A DNA stretch of 64,000 nt, taken from NCBI GenBank assembly GCA_000004985.1, contig GG738856.1; one strand, 5' to 3'. This DNA comes from Naegleria gruberi (Eukaryota). The notes beneath the pieces are model-generated. The model was not told the origin of the DNA. It worked only from the letters and a program-made list of their open reading frames with translations, and searched no databases. Each line of letters starts with the position of its first letter. Position 1 is the stretch's first letter. Position numbers and translations under genes: made by a program. Below, in pieces: positions 1 to 9,087 of the stretch.

Positions 1-567
1 TGAAAAAACTGTTTGAATTACAGTTTGAAATGAGGTGAGAGTTCAAACGAAACTGATCGAATCGTATACAAAATACTTTGAACGGCTTTTTGGTACTAAA
101 ATGATACACCAATACTACACAGAGATATTTGTTGCATTTGAGATGTTCGTTTCAATATTGAGTGTTCTTTATCCAATTTTCCATTCTTCTGAAACCTATT
201 CTAATAACTCATTGTAAAGTGAGTTGATATTATTGAGAGTTAAAATGTTAACAACTACTAGAATATTAGTTAGTCTGCATTTAGGCATTTTATACATTTC
301 TTCACAACCATCGTTATTTACATTTTTGTGTTATGGTGTTATCTAGGTGCAATGGTTAATTATCTTTTGGAGAATATTAAGAATGAAAATGCAATTTAAT
401 AATCAATTCTTACCAAGTAAGTAGAATGTTACTCTTGAATGGAAGCACCTTTGACGACTCCACTGTAAAGTTAACTCTTTGGATTTACAGTTTTTTAACA
501 GGAGGATAAAGAGACTGTGAAAATAAGAAACCTTTATGTCTGAAAAATTTCAAATCAGGTGGTGTTG

Positions 568-608
568 GTTTAGCGCCTAAACTTTCTTCGCGCCAAAAGT
601 TTCCCGCC
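568..608. promoter_or_regulatory. Cluster of E2F-type sites 50–90 bp upstream of the kinesin-14 ATG: TTTAGCGCC, TTCGCGCCAAAAG and TTTCCCGCC.
   Basis: These GC-rich TTTSGCGCSAAA-like motifs stand out in AT-rich 5' flanking DNA. The position fits a core promoter element of a mitotic gene. Confidence 0.45.
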
Positions 609-657
609 TTCACAAAAATTAATCAGTTAACATTTTTAAAACAACCACACAAAAAAA

Positions 658-2157
658 ATGTCTCAACTTCCATCATCTGCCCAGAGCAACATTTCCATCG
701 ATTTTAACGATCCTCCAATCGGCCTTGAACAATCATGGCTCGAAGAAAATAGAGACAGTCGTGAAGGACATACTCTTCTTAAATCATTAATTATTGATCA
801 AATTAATCAAATTCCGGTTGCTAACTTTAATCTTGTTCTTCAACAGTGCAGAAATAGAACAAGTGATGGAGTGAGTTGCCATCTTTCCCAACAAATTGAA
901 TTATACAAACAAGAGATTGACAAGTTGATTCAAGAAAATCAACGTGTTAGTAAACAATTACACAAGGAGATGAAACTCCGTCAACAATACTTTAACGAAT
1001 TGCAATTGTTGAAAGGTGCCATCAGAATTTTTGTTAGAGTCAGACCATTGCTGACACATGAAATTCAACAAGGAGACTTTACAGTACTCAGATTTTCAAA
1101 GACAAATCCACAAACTCTTTTCCTTCCAAAAGTTTTACAAGAAACACAACCAGAAGATAAGATTACCAAACAAAGCCATAGACAATTCCAATTTGACAAG
1201 GTATTAGGACCTAATGTTCATCAAAAGATGTAAGTGATTATTGATTTTAATTTATATTAATATTTACATTTGAAATATAGGTTATATGACGAAGAAATTT
1301 CACCACTAACTAAATCAGTTCTTGATGGCTATAATGTTTCTATCTTTGCTTATGGTCAAACTGGTACTGGTAAAACTCACACAATGCAAGGAAATGGAGA
1401 TGAAATTGGTATTCAACAATATATTTTACAAGATTTATATAATCACAAGAATAAGGATAAGGATATGTATAATATGACAATTGCATTGAGTTGTATGGAA
1501 ATTTACAATGAAACTTGTATTGATTTACTCAGAAGTCAAGATAACAAATTAGAACTCAAGATGGATCCACAAAATAAGAAAATTATTGCTCAGGGATTAA
1601 GAGAAGTAGTTTGTAATGAATTACAGGAAGCTTTGCAATGTTTGATTTTCGCTCAAAAGAATAGAGCTGTTTCATCTACAAGTCAAAATCATAGATCCTC
1701 AAGATCTCACCTTATTGTGCAAATTTCTGTTTGCAAAATGTTCCTTAAACACCCAGAAGCTAACAGTGAAGAAGAACAACAAAATATTACGCCAACCTGT
1801 ACAACATCTCAAATGTACTTGATTGACTTGGCTGGTAGCGAGAAGATCAACACCAGTGGTGCAAGCAATCCAATTACTGACAGTGAAACAAAACATATTA
1901 ACAAATCTTTATCTGCTCTTGGCAATGTTATGGAAGGATTAAGAAACAGAAGTGCTAAACCTGGACAAAATGCTCACATTCCTTACAGGGATACAAAATT
2001 GACATACTTTATGAGTAATGTTTTTAGAGATAAGCACTCGATATGCTGTATGATTCCTCACGTTGCTCCAAGCTCTTTATGTTTCAATGAATCTTTGAGA
2101 ACACTTCAATTTGCTGAAAGAATGAGTGGAATAGCTCTTAACAATGTAAATCAATAA
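658..2157 (+). CDS. Kinesin-14 family kinesin with C-terminal motor (KAR3/Ncd-like). Two exons: 658..1229 and 1281..2157, with intron 1230..1280.
   Basis: The neck motif LKGAIRIFVRVRP immediately precedes the motor. Motor motifs are present: P-loop GQTGTGKTHTM, switch I SSRSH, switch II DLAGSE, and HIPYRDTKLT near the C-terminus. A GTAAGT donor in phase 2 and a TATAG acceptor restore the conserved motor stretch FDKVLGPNVHQKM/LYDEEISPL. Confidence 0.85.
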
Positions 2158-2195
2158 ATTAATTTATTTAAATAATATTAACAAATGTTGACAAA

Positions 2196-3348
2196 TTACA
2201 AGTTGAGTAAATCAGCTTCTTCCTTAATTCTTCTAGAGAAATCAGCAATGGTAAGAGAAATACCTTCATGCAAGGCAACCTTTGGTGACCAACCAAGTAA
2301 AGTCTTTGCCTTGGTAATGTCTGGTCTTCTGACTTTTGGATCATCTTGTGGAAGTTCGTGGAAAACTAATTGATTTGACTCGGTTGCTCCAATCATTTCT
2401 CTAATCTTTTCAGCCATTTCCAAAACAGTATATTCTTCTGGATTACCAATATTGACAGGTCCAATAGTAACATCTTGATTCATCAAAGTGTGCAATCCTT
2501 CAATTTGATCACTAACATAACAGAATGATCTGGTTTGTTTACCAGTTCCGTAGACAGTGATGTTAATTCCCTTAAGAGCTTGATAAACAAAATTACTAAT
2601 AATACGTCCGTCAGTCAAATTCATTCTAGGTCCATAAGTGTTGAAAATTCTAGCAACACGGACTTGAGTATTCTTGGTTCTATTAAAATCAAAGCAGAGA
2701 GTTTCAGCAGCTCTCTTTCCTTCATCATAACAAGATCTAGTACCAGTACAGTTGACATTTCCCCAATAAGTTTCAACTTGTGGATTAATAGCTGGATCAC
2801 CATAAACTTCACTAGTAGAAGTGATCAACAATCTAGCATTCCACTTTGTAGCAAGAGTGAGGAAATTATATGTTCCTTGAACACAAGTCATTGTTGTATG
2901 AATTGGATCTTTTTGATAATGTGGTGGTGAAGCAGCACAAGCCATGTGATAGATTTGTCCAATACCTTCCAATGATGTAATTCTTTCATCGGAGAGAGCA
3001 TTAATCACATCAGCTTGAATGAAATGTACATTAGGATTTTCAGACAAGTGTTTCAAATTAACCAAACTTCCTGTTTGCAAATTATCAATAACATAGATTT
3101 CATCCTTGTTATCACTCTTTTTCAAAAGGTAATCAACCATATGACTTCCTATTGTATTGGAGGTATAATTTTAATATTATTATTATTGTTGATGATGATG
3201 ATAATTATATATGATGTTCATAAACCATCCACATCCATTATTATTGCAATAAGTAAAATAATATGATGGTAATTCATATTAGTAAACTAATATTGACAAA
3301 ATAATACAAACCAAGGAAGCCAGCACCACCAGTCACTACAATCTTCAT
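2196..3348 (-). CDS. UXS1: UDP-glucuronic acid decarboxylase (UDP-xylose synthase). Two exons: 3348..3312 and 3148..2196.
   Basis: Exon 1 encodes MKIVVTGGAGFLG (the NAD-binding GxxGxxG) and splices in frame to SHMVDYLL. The remainder matches the UXS short-chain dehydrogenase/reductase fold (YDEGKR, NTYGPRM, PDITKAKTLLGW). Confidence 0.85.
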
Positions 3349-3500
3349 TTTTGTTTGTTTTTTTTAATCGTTGTTGCCAATGAGAAACAACTATTTGATT
3401 GGTGAATGGTCAGCTTATTGGATAATTTGTGATATTACATTTTACAAAAGTTAAAGTACACCATGCCAATTATGAAGAGTGGATGTTGAGTTTTGGATTT

Positions 3501-4574
3501 TTAATTGAGAGAAACTTGATAAACATCAAAGTGATGATTTAGCTTTGAATTCTCATGGACGCAGTATTCTTGATTTACCTTATTGATTAGTCCACCAAAA
3601 TTATTTCCACATTCATGTACAAAGTATATTCTTCTAATTCTAGAGTGTAAGAGAGCCATTGCACACATACAGCAAGGTTCATGTGAAATAAATAAATCCA
3701 ATCCTTTGCAGAGGTAGGGAATTTCTGTACTCGGTGTGTTAGGTGGTAGCTTCTCAATTGTCTCTATACAGTATTGGGCAATGACATCCACACCAACAAC
3801 AGCACAGTGCCTCAGTGAGCATTTGAATTTTCCCAAATTTGAAAGAGTACCTTCTGTTTCTGAATAGTAAGGAGAGAAAAATGAATTTTTAGATTCGTCT
3901 AGGAATAATTCATCATGAATACTAGATTTAACAATTGTCTTGGTTTGTGGATTGAAAAATAACCCAGAAACTCGCTTACTCTTTTCAAATGAATCAATTA
4001 CTAGTTTTGTACATGTTTCTACAGATTTCTCATCGTGACTATTTACATTTAGTTCTGCTTTTGGATCTAATTTTGCCAATTGAAGTTCAGTTTCATATAA
4101 ATTAACAGTTTTAAGAGGCCAATATTGAGTATTCCATTCCTTCCACTGATATTTCAATTTAGGTCCATATTTTGGAATTTTAAAAAGTTTCAAAATTTTT
4201 TCTGCTTGTTGATGATCCGAACATTCTAAAATTGTTTTAAAAACATGATTTTCTTTTGTAAGTAATTCATCATCCGAGCTTTGAAAAACATTAGAAATCC
4301 ACCTCTGTAAATTTGTATTTTCATCAGTATCATCATCAATATTCAACAATGGATACAAAACACAATAAGTATCACTTCCAATAGTTTTAATTCTTTTAAT
4401 AAAATCTATATCACGAGCCTCCAATGGAAAATTCTTATTCAAATATTGAATCAAGCCTGAAGTTTTTGATTTATTTTCCACTCTTATCCCGATAATATTA
4501 ATCAACTCCAAATCGGTAATCTTCGGCTTGGTGTAGATGTTTTTAATTGATAACTGTGATGATGAATTTTCCAT
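3501..4574 (-). CDS. tRNA-specific adenosine-34 deaminase, non-catalytic subunit (Tad3/ADAT3-like).
   Basis: The C-terminal cytidine/deoxycytidylate deaminase zinc motifs are H-C-A-V-V (the catalytic Glu is replaced by Val, as in Tad3/ADAT3) and PCCMCAMAL. I place the start at the ATG at 4574. The upstream extension MSCPLHLKKKK in the ORF track reads through the T-run that flanks the retroelement and is probably spurious. Confidence 0.6.
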   Translation of the reverse strand: MENSSSQLSIKNIYTKPKITDLELINIIGIRVENKSKTSGLIQYLNKNFPLEARDIDFIKRIKTIGSDTYCVLYPLLNIDDDTDENTNLQRWISNVFQSSDDELLTKENHVFKTILECSDHQQAEKILKLFKIPKYGPKLKYQWKEWNTQYWPLKTVNLYETELQLAKLDPKAELNVNSHDEKSVETCTKLVIDSFEKSKRVSGLFFNPQTKTIVKSSIHDELFLDESKNSFFSPYYSETEGTLSNLGKFKCSLRHCAVVGVDVIAQYCIETIEKLPPNTPSTEIPYLCKGLDLFISHEPCCMCAMALLHSRIRRIYFVHECGNNFGGLINKVNQEYCVHENSKLNHHFDVYQVSLN

Positions 4575-4582
4575 ATTTTTTT

Positions 4583-4599
4583 TTTTTTTTAAATGCAAT
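4583..4599. repeat. 5' copy of the target-site duplication TTTTTTTTAAATGCAAT.
   Basis: Identical 17-mer recurs at 6013..6029, immediately after the element's 3' end. Confidence 0.55.
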
Positions 4600-6012
4600 G
4601 GGCAAGACAATTAGTAGTTTTATCCATCTAGCAAGAGGAAATTCAATTTCCAATCCTCGCCTACAAACAATTGACTCAACAATAAGGGGTAACCTAAAAA
4701 GATCAATGAAGATCGATGCAAAGGTAAAACCATCCACAATGTATGCACAATTCGAAAGAAAAGGACTAGAAATTCCAAACCTCGAATACATAGCCAACTC
4801 AATCCTTTGCAATAACTTAATCAACAAATTCCACTCAAGTAACCCACTTGTCAGAGAAGCAGTACAGTACGGAATTAATAACTGTAACACGAACAAAACA
4901 AAACTACACAACATATTTGAAAAATTCCACTACATCCTAAAACAACACAAACTTACCACAACAATATGTAACACCAATCATCAACTTCTGGAAAAGGAAA
5001 AAGATGAACAATACTCCTACTCAGAATTCACAATATGGACTGATGGATCCAAATCAGAAAACAAAGTAGGATTCAGTGTAATCATTCAGAACAACGAATT
5101 TACAAAAGGATACAAATACAAGCTCCACTCATACCACTCAAACAACATGGCTGAATTATCAGCAATTACAACAGCACTACACATCATACCACCAAACAGC
5201 AATGCAAAGGTACTCACTGACAGTGAAATAGCAGTCAAAATAATTTACAACACAAATTACAAAGGTCAATTTAAGCAAATCAAAGATGAAATTACCAACC
5301 TCATCAGCACTAAAAAACTTCAAGCATCCATCGAATGGACAAAAGCTCATACAGGAATAACAGATGGAAATAACTACGCTGATAAGAAAGCCAAACAAGC
5401 CTCAAGAATAGGACATCGAATTGCACCCCAACATCTACTAACTCAAGGGCAACTAATTATCACCAATTCGAAAAAAGTTTGGAAAAGTAGAATCAAAGGA
5501 GTACTTAGTGAAAAGCTCTACAATCAAGGAACATCCGAACTCATCAACAGAACAAATCTCAATTACCTCAAAGAACATACCACCCCAACTCACAAATACT
5601 CAATCTGGAGGCTCATGATAAATGGACACTTAAGAAGCCTCATAGTAGACAACCCACAATGCCCAACATGTAACAAAAACCTTGACACAGAACACCTCTT
5701 CATAGAATGCCCAGAAATGAATTCAGCTAGAAACTGGATGATTGAAGAAATCAAAAAAAATACCAATCTCGAACCAGTACTAAGCACAGAGAGGACAGAA
5801 ATATTAACACCAAACTCATTCCAACTGAATATCTTTGGTATTCTGACAGAACCTATTCAAGGTATTATCAAAGAACAATGGCCCAAGATACAAGGAGGCC
5901 TCTCACTTTTTGGAGGAAGAGTACAAAAACAATACAACAAAATCTTAAAAATTCAATAAGACGTTCCAAATGGACGAACCCGTCGGGTTCATTCGATTAA
6001 TAAACGTTTAAA
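4600..6012 (+). mobile_element. 5'-truncated non-LTR (LINE-like) retrotransposon fragment carrying the C-terminal RT tail, an RNase H domain and a Cys/His-rich tail. ORF 4547..5959.
   Basis: RNase H motifs are present (TDGSK, MAELSAITTALH, LTDSEIAV, EWTKAHTGITDGNNYADKKAK), followed by a CPTCNK..H..C zinc-knuckle-like tail. No upstream RT, endonuclease or gag sequence is present. The fragment is flanked by a direct 17-bp duplication, TTTTTTTTAAATGCAAT, and carries a 3'-terminal hairpin. Confidence 0.6.
5976..5990 (+). other. Perfect hairpin GAACCCG-T-CGGGTTC at the 3' end of the retroelement fragment.
   Basis: A 7-bp inverted repeat with a 1-nt loop sits about 25 nt before the element/TSD junction, which is the typical position of a LINE 3'-UTR stem recognised by the reverse transcriptase. 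Confidence 0.4.
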
Positions 6013-6029
6013 TTTTTTTTAAATGCAAT
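6013..6029. repeat. 3' copy of the target-site duplication TTTTTTTTAAATGCAAT.
   Basis: Identical to 4583..4599. Confidence 0.55.
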
Positions 6030-6386
6030 TTCAAAATTTATTTTTTAATCTTTTTGTAAAATATACAACAACAAACTGTAGTGAAAATTGTAAAGATTGC
6101 GACCTGTAATTTGAAAATATGTTCAATCTTGATACAATGTCGGAATTATTGCGCTCAGGAAGGGTAATTTCATTGTTTGACTTTAGATGTGTTCATTGTT
6201 GAAAAAGAGAAATAATTCCACAAACACAACATTTCAGTTCTTGCAAGGAACCATGCATAAGGTTGAGGGAACATATTTGGCACTAACCTGAAACTTCAAT
6301 TCTATTGTTTTTAATGACATTTTGTCCCAGTTGATCTATTTGAAAGACAGATGCAACAATGTTTCTTTCACTCACTTATTCAAAAA

Positions 6387-7648
6387 ATGTCTCAATATAA
6401 CCAATCTTTTACCACTCAACCTGGTTATCCTCAACCAGTTAATGTTCAACCATTGTCTTATAACCCTGCCATTCAACAATTTTCTCAACCACAATATGGT
6501 CAACCAATGAGCCCATCTCTGCAACCAAGTCCATCAACTCCAAATTCTTCTTTCACAAAGCAATCTGGAGGTTCTTTCCACATGCAACAAGATCCAGCTC
6601 TAATTCAATCAAACACACCAAGTCAACCAGTTCTCGAGTGTAAGAATTTGTTACCTTTTATTGTTAATGATAAGCTTGTAAAGAATACTTTTTGGGCAAC
6701 TGGTGGTAATATCCTAATCAAGATATTCATATTTGTTGTCAATAAGTTTATTCTCATGGGTTTAGGTGAAGCTCTGATGGTCAATTACATTACCAGAAGA
6801 GAAGTTAAAAACATGAGAATTGGTAACAGAATGTTGAGCTACAAATCAAGAGGAAACTTCAAGATGGCCCTCCTATGTGTTGTTAATTGGATATTGAACA
6901 TATTCTCATGTGGTTTATTCTACATTCTTGGTTATAGTCATATCATGTACCTTTCTCAACTCGATGCCAGAATTCACTGGGGAAAACCAGCTAAAATTTC
7001 CAAGAAGAGTCAATGAAAGAGGCAATTTGTTGGGAACCAATTGGTAATGGAATGGGTGAATTCAAGATATTTAGTGTATACTTGGGTGTTGGATTTGAAA
7101 TAATGTTCATCATTTTGTATTCACTCAATTTGGTTTCGTTTGGTTTACTTTCTCCACTATTGTACAAGATTTACTTCCCAGCCTACTTTGAGAAGGTTCA
7201 ATTGGGAAAGGGAAGATTTGCAGTCATTCATCCAAAGATGATTTCCTCAATTAATAAGCATGCCAAGAAGAGATCCAAATTGAAGAAGGAAAAAATTGAA
7301 CAACCAACAGAAGTTTATCCATGTGATTATCCAGTTTTAGGTTTTCCACCTCAACCTTCTCATGAAACATACAAACTTAAATTGAAATTTGTTCCAACTT
7401 TTTGTGAGTTGATCAAATTCTTTGTAACGATCAATGTTCTCAGCTTTGTGTCATGTGGATTATTTGTCAAGTGTTGCTTGGCAAATTATGCCAGAAATTA
7501 CATGAATAGAAATATTCATATTGAATTGGAATCAGTTCCATTAGAAGAGCTGCTCAATAATAATAATATCACAGTTTCAAATAATGAGATTGCATTGCAA
7601 CAAGTGACTGTAGTTGAAACTGTTATCATTCAACCTAATCAACAATAA
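6387..7648 (+). CDS. Multi-pass membrane protein with a P/Q/Y-rich N-terminus and two related hydrophobic modules. The reading frame is interrupted by a -1 shift near 6995..7016, from either a sequencing indel or a pseudogene.
   Basis: ORFs 6351..7016 and 7013..7648 overlap by 4 nt in different frames. Both halves have a similar architecture: a hydrophobic helix, a basic loop, then a hydrophobic helix. No GT..AG pair of plausible size could join them. Confidence 0.4.
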
Positions 7649-7693
7649 ATATTACTTCAATTCTTATGAAATGAATTTATTCGATATGTTAAT

Positions 7694-7708
7694 TTTGGCG
7701 CCATTTTG
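7694..7708. promoter_or_regulatory. Palindromic E2F-type site TTTTGGCGCCATTTT, 29 bp upstream of the ORC2 ATG.
   Basis: Near-perfect match to the palindromic TTTGGCGCCAAA consensus in an otherwise AT-rich flank. ORC subunits are classic E2F targets in other eukaryotes. Confidence 0.5.
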
Positions 7709-7736
7709 AAATGTTGAACTTTTTAAAATAAAAAAA

Positions 7737-9086
7737 ATGAGCGCCAATAACACACTCACTATCAGCAATTTAATTTTTGTTGGTGATGAGGATGAATCTT
7801 TACAGGATAGATTTAACAAGATTGATCCGAGTATTCTGACTAAATATTCACGAGATTGTACCTTTAAAGAATATAGGCTTGTGGATTCGGATGATATTAC
7901 ATTGGATTCGGAGAAGGAAGATAAATTCTTCTCCACTCCTTTTGAACAATACAATTTACAGAAATTAATTAAAAAGACTAAAACATCGGCCAGTGATAAG
8001 GTTGTAATTTCGTTGGAAGATGTTGATTGTACAATTCCTTCTCATGATGACAAGTATTTTGAACCTGTTTCTTTTAAAACTAAAAGTGATAATTTAGTAT
8101 TGGAACGAGTGAATGAATGGATGCACTGTTTGAGATGTGATAATAATTTATTATTTTATGGATTAGGATCAAAGATTAATCCACTGAATCAATTAATGTA
8201 TTGCATGAAGGAAAGTGATGTGAATAGTTTCTTTGCAATTGTTTGTGGATATAATCCTGAAATTACAATCGGAATAATGTTGGATGACATTTTAAAGACA
8301 CATCTGAAAGAGAAGAATACTAAGAATTTATCATATGTGGAGAAAGTGGACACAATTATAAGAATAATGAATCAACGTAATGAATTGGCCAAACCTTTAC
8401 CTGATGATGAATTTGGTGATTTTGCAGAATTTATGAAAGATGAAGAGCCATCTACAAAACATGCCAAACAACATTTGTACATTTGCATTCATAATATTGA
8501 TGGACCAGGCCTTCGTTCTAAATCCACTCAACATTTACTCTCTGTTCTATCAAGTAATAGATATATTCACTTGATTTGTAGTGTAGATAATCAATTATCA
8601 AATTTATTATGGGAACCCTCAATTGAAGACAAGTTTGGCTTTATGAGATTCAATATTACCAACTTTTGTACATATTTTGCTGAATCTGAATATTACTCAT
8701 TACAAGATTTGTACAATGAATCATCTGATGGAAAGAAGAGTAGTGAAGAGAAATCACTTGGACCAGTTGAAATTGTTGCCAATATTTTAAAGTCAGCAAA
8801 CAAGAAACACAGACAAATTTACATGATTATTTGCAACAAATTTATTGAAAATGAAAAGTACAATGAATCGGAAGAAGGATCTAGCCAACCTAAACCTAGT
8901 GGCAGCACTCATCAAGAAATCAAATCTTCTATGGGTGTTTATTCAACAGATGATGCCTTGCTGAGAGATGGTTTGTCATATCTGGAAAATCAAATTAAGG
9001 TTATCAAGAAGAAGCAAAATACCTTTATTCCGACCTTGAAGCGAAATCAATGTGAAAAACTCTTGGTCATATTAAACAATTCATAA
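7737..9086 (+). CDS. ORC2: Origin recognition complex subunit 2.
   Basis: Carries the ORC2 signature LLFYGLGSK..L..F and the later IHNIDGPGLR...Q.LLS.L block of the ORC2 family. Single exon. Confidence 0.75.
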   Translation: MSANNTLTISNLIFVGDEDESLQDRFNKIDPSILTKYSRDCTFKEYRLVDSDDITLDSEKEDKFFSTPFEQYNLQKLIKKTKTSASDKVVISLEDVDCTIPSHDDKYFEPVSFKTKSDNLVLERVNEWMHCLRCDNNLLFYGLGSKINPLNQLMYCMKESDVNSFFAIVCGYNPEITIGIMLDDILKTHLKEKNTKNLSYVEKVDTIIRIMNQRNELAKPLPDDEFGDFAEFMKDEEPSTKHAKQHLYICIHNIDGPGLRSKSTQHLLSVLSSNRYIHLICSVDNQLSNLLWEPSIEDKFGFMRFNITNFCTYFAESEYYSLQDLYNESSDGKKSSEEKSLGPVEIVANILKSANKKHRQIYMIICNKFIENEKYNESEEGSSQPKPSGSTHQEIKSSMGVYSTDDALLRDGLSYLENQIKVIKKKQNTFIPTLKRNQCEKLLVILNNS

Positions 9087-9087
9087 T

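Noticed and set aside
35-217. 60-aa ORF at the window start.
   Set aside because: It has no motif and lies in the 5' flank of the kinesin gene. It is more likely chance.
4543-4914. Minus-strand ORFs 4543..4914 and 4620..4802 that overlap the retroelement ORF and the Tad3 start.
   Set aside because: They are antisense to the RNase H-containing ORF and have no domain content. The first merely extends the Tad3 ORF through the insertion.
5960-6005. tRNA-like T-arm look-alike (cgggttcattcgatt).
   Set aside because: There are no D-arm or anticodon elements and no internal A/B box spacing. It is better explained as the 3'-terminal hairpin of the LINE fragment. I recognised no tRNA or rRNA gene anywhere in the window.
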